64,000 nucleotides of DNA from an uncultured Gammaproteobacteria bacterium (GTDB lineage Bacteria; Patescibacteriota; Patescibacteriia; Patescibacteriales; JAGXOH01). The stretch is from assembly GCA_964635515.1 (NCBI GenBank), contig CAZWNU010000002.1, positions 1-64,000 on the forward strand, in the 5' to 3' direction. The notes under the pieces are model-generated. The model worked only from the letters and a program-made list of their open reading frames with translations, searched no databases and was not told the origin of the DNA. Shown here piece after piece: positions 46,613-55,507 of the stretch (position 1 is its first letter; the number at the start of each line of letters is the position of its first letter). The translations under genes were made by a program, and so were the position numbers.

Positions 46613-48256
46613 ATGATCAAAAAAATTTTTTCTAGAAAAATAGACAGCATTACTATTGCGGCCACTTTAGTGGCCTTTTCTTCTTTGCTTAGTCGATTTT
46701 TAGGGATCTTTAGAGATAGGATCCTGGCCAGTGAATTCGGTGCCGGTGATTTCTTGGATGTGTATTATGCCGCTTTTCGGGTGCCTGATCTGGTCTTTAA
46801 TCTTTTGGTCCTGGGCGCCTTATCCGCCGGCTTTGTTCCGATCTTTGTCGGTTTGATCAAGGATTCCAAGTGTCTCGGTTTTGGCAGGCTCAAGAGGGAG
46901 CGTAACAAGGAGGCCTGGATCTTGGTTAATAATATTTTGAATATTTTGGTTTTTCTCTTGTTGTTGATTTCTGTTTTTGGAGTCTTTTTCGCTCCCGCCT
47001 TGGTGAAATTGGTCGCTCCCGGGTTTTCCCCAGAAAAGCAGCAATTGACAGCAGAGCTGACCCGGATCATGTTTCTATCTCCCATCTTTCTGGGTATTTC
47101 CAGTGTTTTGGGCGGCATCTTACAGTCCTTTAAAAGGTTTTTTGTTTACTCCTTGGCTCCCATAATGTATAACATAGGTATTATTCTGGGAGCTCTGTGC
47201 TTTGTGCCGGTTTTGGGTATTCACGGCTTGGCTTGGGGTGTGATCCTGGGAGCTTTTCTTCACATGTTGGTACAACTTCCTTTGGCTTACAGTTTAGGTT
47301 TCAGATACCAAGTTATTGTGGATTTTAAGGACAAGAATGTCAGAAAGATCGCCCGGATGATGCTCCCTCGGACTTTGACACTGGGTATTTCCCAACTGAA
47401 TCTTTTGGTTATAACAGTTTTGGCTTCGGGTTTGGTAGGAGGTTCTTTGGCTGTTTTTAATTTCGCCAACAATCTTCAGGCTTTTCCGGTGGGAGTTTTT
47501 GGGATATCCTTTGCCATAGCCGCTTTCCCGACCATGTCCAAATTGGCTTCCAGTCGAGATAAATTGATTAAGAGCTTTTCTTCAACTTTCAGGAAGATTC
47601 TTTTTTTTATAGTCCCGGCAACTGTTTTGCTTATTACCCTCAGGGCTCAAATTGTCAGAGTTATCTTGGGAGCAGGGGAGTTTACCTGGCTGGACACTGT
47701 GTTAACCATGAACACCCTGGGATTTTTCGCTATCGGTCTTTTCGCTCAAGCTACCATACCCTTGATGATCCGAGTATTTTATGCTAAACAGGATTCTAAG
47801 ACACCTTTTTTCATAGGACTGGTAGCGGCTGTATGTAATTTCGTTTCTGCCTGGTATTTTTCCAGAATTTTGGGAGTAGCTGGTTTGGCCTTGGGATTTT
47901 CCATCGCTCAGATCGTCAATTTTATCCTTTTGTGGTTAACCCTTCATATTAATTTGGGAGGCATGGACGAGAACAAGATTTTGTCTTCTACTTTTAAGTT
48001 CTCCGTGGCCGCTATTGCCTGCGGTGCCGCGGTTCAATTGACCAAAGTCGCGATCTGGCCCCTGATCGACATGACCAAATTTTGGGGGGTCTTTAGCCAG
48101 GGTCTTTTTGCCGGTTTGTCCGGAATTTTGGTCTATATTATAGTTTGCCTGGCTCTCAGGTCGGAAGAAATGCTCTCGATCTGGAACTCCCTTTCCAAGA
48201 GATTACCTTGGAAGAAGGTGGATACCGGGGATCAGGGAGAGGCCAGAGGGATCTAG
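46613..48256 (+). CDS. murJ: Lipid II flippase MurJ (MviN)
   Basis: It is 547 aa and polytopic, with 'LSRFLGIFRDRILASEFGAGDFLDVYYAAFRVPD'. Confidence 0.92.
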   Translation: MIKKIFSRKIDSITIAATLVAFSSLLSRFLGIFRDRILASEFGAGDFLDVYYAAFRVPDLVFNLLVLGALSAGFVPIFVGLIKDSKCLGFGRLKRERNKEAWILVNNILNILVFLLLLISVFGVFFAPALVKLVAPGFSPEKQQLTAELTRIMFLSPIFLGISSVLGGILQSFKRFFVYSLAPIMYNIGIILGALCFVPVLGIHGLAWGVILGAFLHMLVQLPLAYSLGFRYQVIVDFKDKNVRKIARMMLPRTLTLGISQLNLLVITVLASGLVGGSLAVFNFANNLQAFPVGVFGISFAIAAFPTMSKLASSRDKLIKSFSSTFRKILFFIVPATVLLITLRAQIVRVILGAGEFTWLDTVLTMNTLGFFAIGLFAQATIPLMIRVFYAKQDSKTPFFIGLVAAVCNFVSAWYFSRILGVAGLALGFSIAQIVNFILLWLTLHINLGGMDENKILSSTFKFSVAAIACGAAVQLTKVAIWPLIDMTKFWGVFSQGLFAGLSGILVYIIVCLALRSEEMLSIWNSLSKRLPWKKVDTGDQGEARGI

Positions 48257-48307
48257 TTTTGACCCGGATCGGAGAATCGGTCCGATATTTAGATTTAAGC
48301 TTTAATC

Positions 48308-50098
48308 ATGTTGAATAATATTAGAAATTTTTCCATAATCGCCCATATTGACCATGGTAAATCCACTTTGGCCGACAGAATGTTGGAGATGACCAAGACG
48401 GTTGAGGGAAGGAAGATGAAGGATCAGGTTTTGGACCGGATGGATCTGGAAAGAGAAAGGGGAATAACTATTAAACTGCAGCCGGTAACCATGAAATACG
48501 GGGATTACATTTTAAACTTAATTGATACTCCCGGTCATGTTGATTTTAACTACGAGGTTTCCCGCTCTTTGGCAGCGGTGGAGGGAGCTGTTCTATTGGT
48601 TGATGCCAGCCAGGGAATTCAGGCCCAGACTTTGGCCAATTTGTATTTGGCTATGGAACAGGATCTGACAGTCATACCGGTGGTCAACAAGATCGATCTG
48701 CCCGCGGCCGATCCGGTCAGAGTAAAACAGGAGATTAAAGATCTCCTGGGTTGCCGAGAAGAAGAAATATTGGAAGCTTCAGGCAAGACCGGAGAGGGGG
48801 TGGAGGGAATCTTGAAGACGGTTATTGAACAGGTTTCTCCACCTTATACCGTGGCCAGTGACAATTTACCCTTAAGAGCTTTGATCTTTGATTCCAATTA
48901 TGATGAGTATTGCGGAGTCGTGGCCTATGTCAGAGTCAAGGAGGGTAGGATCAAAAAAAGAGACAAGATCACTTTAATGGGAGCTCAGACAGAAAGCGAG
49001 ATCCTGGACCTGGGTATCTTTAGCCCGGACTATAAATCTACCGGGGAGTTGAAGGCCGGAGAGGTGGGATATATAGTCACTAGTTTAAAAGATATTCAGG
49101 AATGCCGGGTGGGAGATACCGTGACTTTGTCTAAGCAAAAAGACAAGGTTAAACCCCTAAAAGGTTATGAAGAGATAAAGCCCATGGTTTTTGCCGGACT
49201 TTTTCCCAGAGAGGGAAGCGAGATCGTTGATCTTAGAGAGGCGGTAGAGAGGTTAAAATTAAATGACGCTGCTTTGATGTATGAACCGGAATATTCCGAG
49301 GCTTTGGGTAGCGGTTTTCGATGCGGTTTTTTGGGTTTGCTTCATTTAGAAATAGTGGTAGAAAGACTAAAGAGGGAATATGATCTGGACCTGGTAGTGA
49401 CCGTGCCCAGTGTGGCTTACAAGGTGTTTAAAAAAAACAAGGAGGAGCTGGATATCCGAACTCCTCAAAAAATGCCCGATCCCAGTGAGGTGGATAGGAT
49501 AGAGGAGCCTTGGGTGAATTTGGATATAATTGTCCCCAAGGTCTATATGGGCAAGATCATGGAATTGGCTCAAGCCAAGAGAGGTGTGTATAAAAATACA
49601 GAGTTTTTGGATGAAAATCGAGTAGTACTCCATTATGAAATACCCATGGTTTCGATTTTGACCGATTTTTATGATAAGATAAAAAGTGTCAGCTCCGGTT
49701 TTGCTTCGGTCAATTATGAATATATGGGCCATAGAGAAGCTGATGTGGTGAAAATGGATATTTTGGTAGCTGAGGAACCGGTGGAAGCCTTGGCCTCCAT
49801 GGTCTATCGGGATGAAGCTTTTGAGCAAGGCAAAAAAGTGGTTAAGATCTTAAAAGAAACCCTGCCACAACAGATGTTTGTTCTTAAGTTGCAGGCGGCT
49901 GTCGGTGGCAAGGTTATTGCAGCCGAGAGACTGTCCGCCAAAAGAAAGGATGTTACAGCTAAGCTGTATGGAGGTGATGTAAGTAGAAAAAGAAAGCTTT
50001 TAGAAAAACAAAAAGAGGGCAAAAAGAAAATGATGGCCTCAGGCAAGGGTAGTGTGGACATCCCCCCCGAGGCCTTTGTCAAGATCTTGAAGAAATAG
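48308..50098 (+). CDS. lepA: Translation elongation factor 4 (LepA)
   Basis: It has 'IRNFSIIAHIDHGKSTLADR', 'DTPGHVDF', 'NKID' and the LepA C-terminal domain. It is 596 aa. Confidence 0.97.
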   Translation: MLNNIRNFSIIAHIDHGKSTLADRMLEMTKTVEGRKMKDQVLDRMDLERERGITIKLQPVTMKYGDYILNLIDTPGHVDFNYEVSRSLAAVEGAVLLVDASQGIQAQTLANLYLAMEQDLTVIPVVNKIDLPAADPVRVKQEIKDLLGCREEEILEASGKTGEGVEGILKTVIEQVSPPYTVASDNLPLRALIFDSNYDEYCGVVAYVRVKEGRIKKRDKITLMGAQTESEILDLGIFSPDYKSTGELKAGEVGYIVTSLKDIQECRVGDTVTLSKQKDKVKPLKGYEEIKPMVFAGLFPREGSEIVDLREAVERLKLNDAALMYEPEYSEALGSGFRCGFLGLLHLEIVVERLKREYDLDLVVTVPSVAYKVFKKNKEELDIRTPQKMPDPSEVDRIEEPWVNLDIIVPKVYMGKIMELAQAKRGVYKNTEFLDENRVVLHYEIPMVSILTDFYDKIKSVSSGFASVNYEYMGHREADVVKMDILVAEEPVEALASMVYRDEAFEQGKKVVKILKETLPQQMFVLKLQAAVGGKVIAAERLSAKRKDVTAKLYGGDVSRKRKLLEKQKEGKKKMMASGKGSVDIPPEAFVKILKK

Positions 50099-50129
50099 TT
50101 TCTAATTTAGATTTAAAATAAGGAATAGT

Positions 50130-50252
50130 ATGGCGAAAAAGAAAGGATTTAAAATCAGAAAAAAACATCTTAAGCAGTTTCTATGGCTGATTATTTCTTC
50201 CATAGTTATTTTCAGTATGGTCTTTTGGAGTTTAAGTTTAGCGTTTTATTGA
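50130..50252 (+). CDS. Unlisted 40-aa single-TM micro-protein
   Basis: An AGGAA at 50121-25 precedes the ATG at 50130. The translation is MAKKKGFKIRKKHLKQFLWLIISSIVIFSMVFWSLSLAFY*, with a TGA at 50250-52. Confidence 0.4.
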   Translation: MAKKKGFKIRKKHLKQFLWLIISSIVIFSMVFWSLSLAFY

Positions 50253-50316
50253 TTTTTTTAGATAAAAATTTCGTACTTCATAACGCGCAACATATAATTT
50301 TTTATGTGTTGCGAAT

Positions 50317-52035
50317 ATGAATTATGATAAAAGATGGCGAGTTCTGCCCCAGGCTCGCGACAGTTTTTTTAAGGGCAAAGAATCTTATAATCCCTTGATT
50401 TTGCAACTCTTGTACAACAGGGGTATAAAAAACAAGGAAGATATCAGGTATTTCCTGGAGGCTGACTCCGATCCCGGGCACGACCCCTTCTCTCTGCCTC
50501 ACATGCAGGAGGCCATTGATCTGGTGATTGAGCACATCAAGCTTCAGAACTTGATTTATGTTTATGGAGATTATGATGCCGACGGCATCACCTCCTCAGC
50601 TCTTTTGTTTGGATTAATAGATAAGTTGGGGGGCCGGGTCCATGTCTATATTCCGGATCGGGTAAGCGAGGGTTACGGACTGCACCAAGAGGCCTTGGAA
50701 GAGATTAGAGGTAAGGAGGCCAAATTGGTCATTACCGTGGATACCGGCATAAGGAACAAAAAGGAAGTGGAGTACGCCAAAAAGAAGGGGATGAATGTTT
50801 TGGTGACCGATCATCATATGCCTCCGGAGAAAGAAGAGGATCTCCCCGCCTGCCCCATAGTAAATCCATGGTTGAGTTACAGTGAATATCCTTTTAACTC
50901 TTTAGCCGGGGTAGGAGTGGCCTTTAAATTGGCCCAGGCCTTGATTCAGAGGTCCACTCTGCCAGAGGAGTCTAAAAAAATGCTCACTGAAGAACTTTTG
51001 GACTTGGTAGCTATCGGTACTATAACCGATTGCGTCAGTTTGCTCGGGGAGAATAGGGTCTTAGTGAAGAAAGGCTTAAAGGTTTTGAATCATAGCAAGA
51101 GACCGGGTCTACAGGAGTTGGTAGAAGTTTCCCAGATAAACAACAAGAAGATAAAGGCTTGGAATGTCGGTTTTCAACTGGGTCCCAGGTTAAACGCCTC
51201 CAGTCGTATGGACCATGCTGACGGCGCTTTTTATCTTTTGACAAGCAAAGATAGGCAACAGGCCAGATCTCTGGCCCGAGAGCTCAATCAAAAGAATACT
51301 AAAAGACAAAAAGAGACCGAGTTGATCTTTGATCAGGCCTGTCAGGGTCAAGACAAGAACGAAAACAAGGTAATAATAGCTATCAGTGGCCAAGACCAGG
51401 AATGGTCAGAGGGGATTATAGGTTTAGTGGCCAGTCGCCTTTTGGAAAAATATTATAAACCGAGCCTGGTCATAACTCGGGCCGAGGGGGAGTACAAGGG
51501 TTCGGCCAGGAGTATTGAAGGTTTTAATGTGGTTAAAGCCCTGGAGAGATGCTCTGATTTACTGGAAAAATACGGGGGTCATGCCAAAGCTTGCGGTTTT
51601 AGCTTGGCTGAGGAGAATATTCCCGAATTCATAAAAAAGATCACTCATATCGCAAACCAGGAGATAAAAACCGAAGACCTGGTCCCGAGTTTAAGAATAG
51701 ACTCTGAATTGCCTTTAAGTGAGATTGACCTGGAGTTACTGGAAAGAATTGAGGATCTGGCTCCTTTTGGACAGGATAATCCCCAGCCCTGCTTTGTCAG
51801 CAGGCGGATAGCGATCCGGGATATTGTTCGGTTGGGCAGGAAAGGGGAACATGTCAAATTCAGGGTAGAAAACCTTTGGGCTCTTTGTTTTAATCATCAG
51901 GAAAAATATCAGGATCTGAAAATTGGAGATATGGTCGACCTTGTTTATTATATAGATTTAAACGAATTCAATGGAAGAAGCGAGGTTCAACTAAAGATAG
52001 TGGATATGAGAAGAAGCGAGCTCGAGCAAAACTAA
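50317..52035 (+). CDS. recJ: Single-stranded-DNA-specific exonuclease RecJ
   Basis: It has DHH-family motifs 'VYGDYDADGITS', 'ITVDTG' and 'VTDHHMP', plus a DHHA1 'GGHAKACG'. Confidence 0.95.
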   Translation: MNYDKRWRVLPQARDSFFKGKESYNPLILQLLYNRGIKNKEDIRYFLEADSDPGHDPFSLPHMQEAIDLVIEHIKLQNLIYVYGDYDADGITSSALLFGLIDKLGGRVHVYIPDRVSEGYGLHQEALEEIRGKEAKLVITVDTGIRNKKEVEYAKKKGMNVLVTDHHMPPEKEEDLPACPIVNPWLSYSEYPFNSLAGVGVAFKLAQALIQRSTLPEESKKMLTEELLDLVAIGTITDCVSLLGENRVLVKKGLKVLNHSKRPGLQELVEVSQINNKKIKAWNVGFQLGPRLNASSRMDHADGAFYLLTSKDRQQARSLARELNQKNTKRQKETELIFDQACQGQDKNENKVIIAISGQDQEWSEGIIGLVASRLLEKYYKPSLVITRAEGEYKGSARSIEGFNVVKALERCSDLLEKYGGHAKACGFSLAEENIPEFIKKITHIANQEIKTEDLVPSLRIDSELPLSEIDLELLERIEDLAPFGQDNPQPCFVSRRIAIRDIVRLGRKGEHVKFRVENLWALCFNHQEKYQDLKIGDMVDLVYYIDLNEFNGRSEVQLKIVDMRRSELEQN

Positions 52036-52070
52036 CCTTTTAGTTTAAAAAATTAAGTAAAATAGATTTT

Positions 52071-52475
52071 ATGAATTTGAATATCTATACCGACGGCGGG
52101 GCCAGGGGTAATCCGGGTCCGGCCGGAATCGGAGCGGTTTTTTACAACCAATCCGGACAAGTAGTTAAAGAAATATCAGAGTATCTGGGCCGGACCACGA
52201 ATAATCAAGCCGAATACCGAGCTGTGCTCAGGAGTTTGGAGGAGGCTAAAAAAATAGGAGCCAAAAGACTCCAGTTCTTTCTTGATAGTGAGTTGGTGGT
52301 AAAACAATTGAATGGTGAATATAAAGTTAAAAACAAGGATCTGCAACCCTTGTTTGTACGAATCCATAACCTGAGCCTAGACTTTTCCCAGGTCGGCTTT
52401 AAGCATATCAAGCGAGAATTTAACAAAGAAGCGGACGGATTAGCTAACTTGGCTATGAATAAAGGCTCGAATTAA
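52071..52475 (+). CDS. rnhA: Ribonuclease HI
   Basis: It is 134 aa with 'IYTDGGARGNPGPAGIG', 'TNNQAEYRA', 'DSELVVKQL' and 'REFNKEADGLAN'. Confidence 0.92.
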   Translation: MNLNIYTDGGARGNPGPAGIGAVFYNQSGQVVKEISEYLGRTTNNQAEYRAVLRSLEEAKKIGAKRLQFFLDSELVVKQLNGEYKVKNKDLQPLFVRIHNLSLDFSQVGFKHIKREFNKEADGLANLAMNKGSN

Positions 52476-52486
52476 ATCGAGCCTTT
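52461..52486. terminator. 10-bp hairpin spanning the rnhA stop, between the convergent rnhA and porB
   Basis: The sequence is AAAGGCTCGA-attaaa-TCGAGCCTTT. The U-tracts are weak on both strands. Confidence 0.4.
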
Positions 52487-52496
52487 ATTAACGGAT

Positions 52497-53468
52497 TCAA
52501 TCATTTAATTTAAACCTCTCTATATTTTTATCAGCCAGTTCCTGGATGTGCTCGATCTGTTCTTTTCCTTGTTTGTTTTTAAATAGGTGTTTGAATCTGC
52601 CTTGAGATTTCAAGTATTCGTCTACTTGTTTTTTTTCCTTTATTTTACTGGTTTTGACAAGTTCGCCATTCTGGTATTCCAACAAGGGGTATAACCCTGT
52701 TTCTACCGCCAGTTTAGCTACCTCCATAGATTGTCTGGGCTCTATCTTCCAACCCGGTATACAGGGAGTGAGGATCTGGATGTAGCCGGGACCTTCGAAT
52801 TCCAGGGCTTTTTTTACTTTTTGAGCGATGTCATCCGGAAATCCGGCCGTGCTTTGGGCCACATATCTGAGGCCGTGGGCTAAGGCTATGGCCACCATGT
52901 CCTTTTTTCTTTGATGAGATCCTATGGCATCTATGGTCGGCCCTGAGCCCGATGGTGTGGTGGTGGTGTCCGCTCCCCAAGGGGTAGCGCCGCTGGCCTG
53001 AACTCCGGTGTTGGAGTAGGCTTCGGTATCATAGCAGACGTATAGAATGTTTTCTCCTCTTTCCCACATTCCACTGATCAGGCCAAAACCGATATCAAAA
53101 GTACCTCCGTCCCCGCCTTGGGCAACTACTTTAATATTTTTGATCCTTTCTTTTTCTTTTTTACTCTTGCTTGTCTTTATTCTGTGGTCCAGGGCCGCTC
53201 TGATTCCCGAGGCTATTCCTGCCGCGTTTTCAAAAAGGGAATGGATCCATGGCACTTCCCAGGAGCTGGTGGGATAGGGAGTAGTGGTAACCTCCAGGCA
53301 TCCGGTAGCGTTGGCGATGATAACTTCCTCTCCCAGAGAATTAACTACTGTTTTGGCGGCAATGATCTGACCGCAGCCGGCACAGGCTCTATGACCCGGG
53401 CTGAGCAGAGATTTGGATTTATTCTTTTTTTTAAGAGTCTTGCTTGTCATATGGTGTTTAATTATCAT
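52497..53468 (-). CDS. porB: Pyruvate/2-oxoacid:ferredoxin oxidoreductase beta (TPP-binding) subunit
   Basis: It has 'GHRACAGCG', 'ATGCLEV' and the TPP motif 'VVAQGGDGGTFDIGF...YDTEAYSNTG'. The start is either the ATG at 53468, which overlaps the upstream gene by 11 nt, or the ATG at 53450. Confidence 0.93.
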   Translation of the reverse strand: MIIKHHMTSKTLKKKNKSKSLLSPGHRACAGCGQIIAAKTVVNSLGEEVIIANATGCLEVTTTPYPTSSWEVPWIHSLFENAAGIASGIRAALDHRIKTSKSKKEKERIKNIKVVAQGGDGGTFDIGFGLISGMWERGENILYVCYDTEAYSNTGVQASGATPWGADTTTTPSGSGPTIDAIGSHQRKKDMVAIALAHGLRYVAQSTAGFPDDIAQKVKKALEFEGPGYIQILTPCIPGWKIEPRQSMEVAKLAVETGLYPLLEYQNGELVKTSKIKEKKQVDEYLKSQGRFKHLFKNKQGKEQIEHIQELADKNIERFKLND

Positions 53469-53706
53469 TATTATTTATTTTTGTAGGCACTAATCTTTCT
53501 TTTTCCTTATTGTTATTTCCCAAATTTTTGATCTTTTTTAGTTTCTCCATCTGTCCTATGAATCTGGAAGCGTTCAATATCTCGATCAGGATCGGTTTGT
53601 TGCTAGGGGAGAGATGGATGATAAAATTATTGAACTCCCAAGCATGACTAATTTTGCCTCCGGAAAGCTCCCAACTGATGATATTGGCCTCTGGATCGTA
53701 GATCAT
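53458..53706 (-). CDS. DUF2283-like small protein (antitoxin-like partner)
   Basis: The segment 'MIYDPEANIISWELSGGKISHAWEFNNFIIHLSPSNKPILIEILNAS' matches the DUF2283 pattern (M-x-YD-x-E-A-D..., ...GIEIL-x-AS). Confidence 0.65.
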   Translation of the reverse strand: MIYDPEANIISWELSGGKISHAWEFNNFIIHLSPSNKPILIEILNASRFIGQMEKLKKIKNLGNNNKEKERLVPTKINNNDN

Positions 53707-53711
53707 AGACT

Positions 53712-53927
53712 TTAGACAGGATAAAAGGTGATTATTTTTATATCTTCTTCCTCTTTGTGATATATTACTTTAATATTATCTTTTTTGGCTGCTAGATAAC
53801 CTTCTTTTTTATCCACTTTTTCCGGTTTTTTCACCACCTCCTCAATCTGGGCTTTGGTTAAAAAAACACTGTGTTTGCTTAGGAGGTTGAATTTTTGCTC
53901 CGCGTAGTTGGTGAAGTAGATTATCAT
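53712..53927 (-). CDS. DUF4258-like small protein (toxin-like partner)
   Basis: It is 71 aa from the ATG at 53927: 'MIIYFTNYAEQKFNLLSKHSVFLTKAQIEEVVKKPEKV...IKVIYHKEEEDIKIITFYPV'. It lies 5 nt upstream of the DUF2283-like gene. The longer ORF-track start at 54008 would overlap the preceding gene. Confidence 0.5.
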   Translation of the reverse strand: MIIYFTNYAEQKFNLLSKHSVFLTKAQIEEVVKKPEKVDKKEGYLAAKKDNIKVIYHKEEEDIKIITFYPV

Positions 53928-53955
53928 ATCTTTTGTTTTTGTATAAATGCAAAGC

Positions 53956-54726
53956 TTAATTGCAGGTCCAGCCAACGATATTATCTTCAACACATGATTC
54001 ATCTTCATTGAATTGATTAGTGTTGGAGAGGTCGGGTTTTAGATCGCATTCAAGCCTGTTAGTATTTTCACAACTATCATATGTGCCAAGTGTCAAGTCA
54101 TACAAACAACAACCTGTAGGTATGTTCACACACGTATCTCCTACGGGTTCGTAATCGGGTCCGTAGAAGGTTCCTGGTCCTCCGGCATACTCATCGCTTT
54201 CGCAGATTTCTCTGGACCTAAATTCCGCTGTGTCGTCAAATTGACAACAACCAAAATCTGAATCAAGGCTAATCTCTCCCAGATCAACCTCATCGATCCC
54301 GAGCTCGGGAAAGGCCACTAGTTCCGGGTTTATCTGATAAAGGAGCATGTAGGAGGTGAGCATTAGGACCAGGCCGGTCAAGGCTCCTCCTATCCATTGT
54401 TTGGCCGTCTCCACCCGATTGACATTACCTCCGGCCGTCAGCCAGATCACACCTCCTATCATCAGGACCACGGCGGCCAAAATTCCCACAATCCCCAGGC
54501 TATAGTTATATATAGCTCTAATATATTTACCCAGGGTATCTCCACTGAAGGTCACGTCTTCTCCTCTCTCAAACTCTGAACTTCCGGGTATGCCGGTCTC
54601 CAATCTGTATTCTACATTGCTTTGCGCGTGAACCGGGTCTGGGAGGAGGATAAAAGAAAATGCAAGAGACAACGCCAACAACATTAACAGTTTCGGGAAT
54701 AAATTTTTAATTTTTTGTCTTGACAT
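53956..54726 (-). CDS. Exported TrbC/VirB2-like 'T4SS-pilin' domain protein with an acidic 10-Cys C-terminal domain (tandem copy 2)
   Basis: It has a signal peptide 'LLALSLAFSFILLPDPVHA|QS' and a two-TM pilin-like core 'IRAIYNYSLGIVGILAAVVLMIGGVIWLTAGGNVNRVETAKQWIGGALTGLVLMLTSYMLLYQI'. A 107-aa Cys-rich tail follows, containing 'GCCQFDDT' and 'GCCLYDLT'. Confidence 0.75.
   Translation of the reverse strand: MSRQKIKNLFPKLLMLLALSLAFSFILLPDPVHAQSNVEYRLETGIPGSSEFERGEDVTFSGDTLGKYIRAIYNYSLGIVGILAAVVLMIGGVIWLTAGGNVNRVETAKQWIGGALTGLVLMLTSYMLLYQINPELVAFPELGIDEVDLGEISLDSDFGCCQFDDTAEFRSREICESDEYAGGPGTFYGPDYEPVGDTCVNIPTGCCLYDLTLGTYDSCENTNRLECDLKPDLSNTNQFNEDESCVEDNIVGWTCN
54281..54681. repeat. 401-bp perfect direct repeat, copy A (period 779 bp)
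   Basis: It is base-for-base identical to 55060-55460 by manual comparison. The ORF track also shows identical antisense 60-aa ORFs at 54397-54579 and 55176-55358. Confidence 0.95.
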
Positions 54727-54740
54727 AAGTTATCTTATTA

Positions 54741-55505
54741 TTATGGCTCTTCCCCACATCTGTGTACCACCCCTGACACTTGGTGAAAGTCGTCAGAGCA
54801 ACATTCTTCTTCGCAATAAGGTCCTTCCCAATGAGTTGTTTCATAGCAGACTGTTTGATCAGGGAGACATCCGTTTTCTGTTTCTTCACCACCTTCACCG
54901 GTAACATCTGCTAGGCAACAACAAGTTTCAAAATTTTCGTTCTCTTTTGGTCCACATCTGTGGGAACTCGCTTCGACATAATCAGTATCATAAAATTGGC
55001 AGTTTAGACCAAGAATCCAGGTGCATTCAGGTTCGCCACCAAATTGGGGCATCCCTGCTAGATCAACCTCATCGATCCCGAGCTCGGGAAAGGCCACTAG
55101 TTCCGGGTTTATCTGATAAAGGAGCATGTAGGAGGTGAGCATTAGGACCAGGCCGGTCAAGGCTCCTCCTATCCATTGTTTGGCCGTCTCCACCCGATTG
55201 ACATTACCTCCGGCCGTCAGCCAGATCACACCTCCTATCATCAGGACCACGGCGGCCAAAATTCCCACAATCCCCAGGCTATAGTTATATATAGCTCTAA
55301 TATATTTACCCAGGGTATCTCCACTGAAGGTCACGTCTTCTCCTCTCTCAAACTCTGAACTTCCGGGTATGCCGGTCTCCAATCTGTATTCTACATTGCT
55401 TTGCGCGTGAACCGGGTCTGGGAGGAGGATAAAAGAAAATGCAAGAGACAACGCCAACAATATTAATAGCTTCGGGAATGGGTTTTTGGTTTTTTTCTTT
55501 ATCAT
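54741..55505 (-). CDS. Exported TrbC/VirB2-like 'T4SS-pilin' domain protein with an acidic 12-Cys C-terminal domain (tandem copy 1)
   Basis: Its N-terminal ~149 aa are near-identical to copy 2. Its 105-aa tail, containing 'NCQFYDTDY', 'ETCCCLADVT' and 'EEECCSDD', is different. The ATG at 55505 lies 2 nt after the porA stop. Confidence 0.75.
   Translation of the reverse strand: MIKKKTKNPFPKLLILLALSLAFSFILLPDPVHAQSNVEYRLETGIPGSSEFERGEDVTFSGDTLGKYIRAIYNYSLGIVGILAAVVLMIGGVIWLTAGGNVNRVETAKQWIGGALTGLVLMLTSYMLLYQINPELVAFPELGIDEVDLAGMPQFGGEPECTWILGLNCQFYDTDYVEASSHRCGPKENENFETCCCLADVTGEGGEETENGCLPDQTVCYETTHWEGPYCEEECCSDDFHQVSGVVHRCGEEP
55060..55460. repeat. 401-bp perfect direct repeat, copy B
   Basis: See copy A. 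The flanks diverge abruptly. The 45 nt toward the start codons have 13 mismatches (about 71% identity), and the C-terminal-domain side cannot be aligned at the DNA level. Confidence 0.95.
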
Positions 55506-55507
55506 AG

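Noticed and set aside
54397-54579. Identical 60-aa + strand ORFs at 54397..54579 and 55176..55358
   Set aside because: They are antisense shadows of the duplicated pilin-like core. They are useful only as independent confirmation that the two copies are identical.
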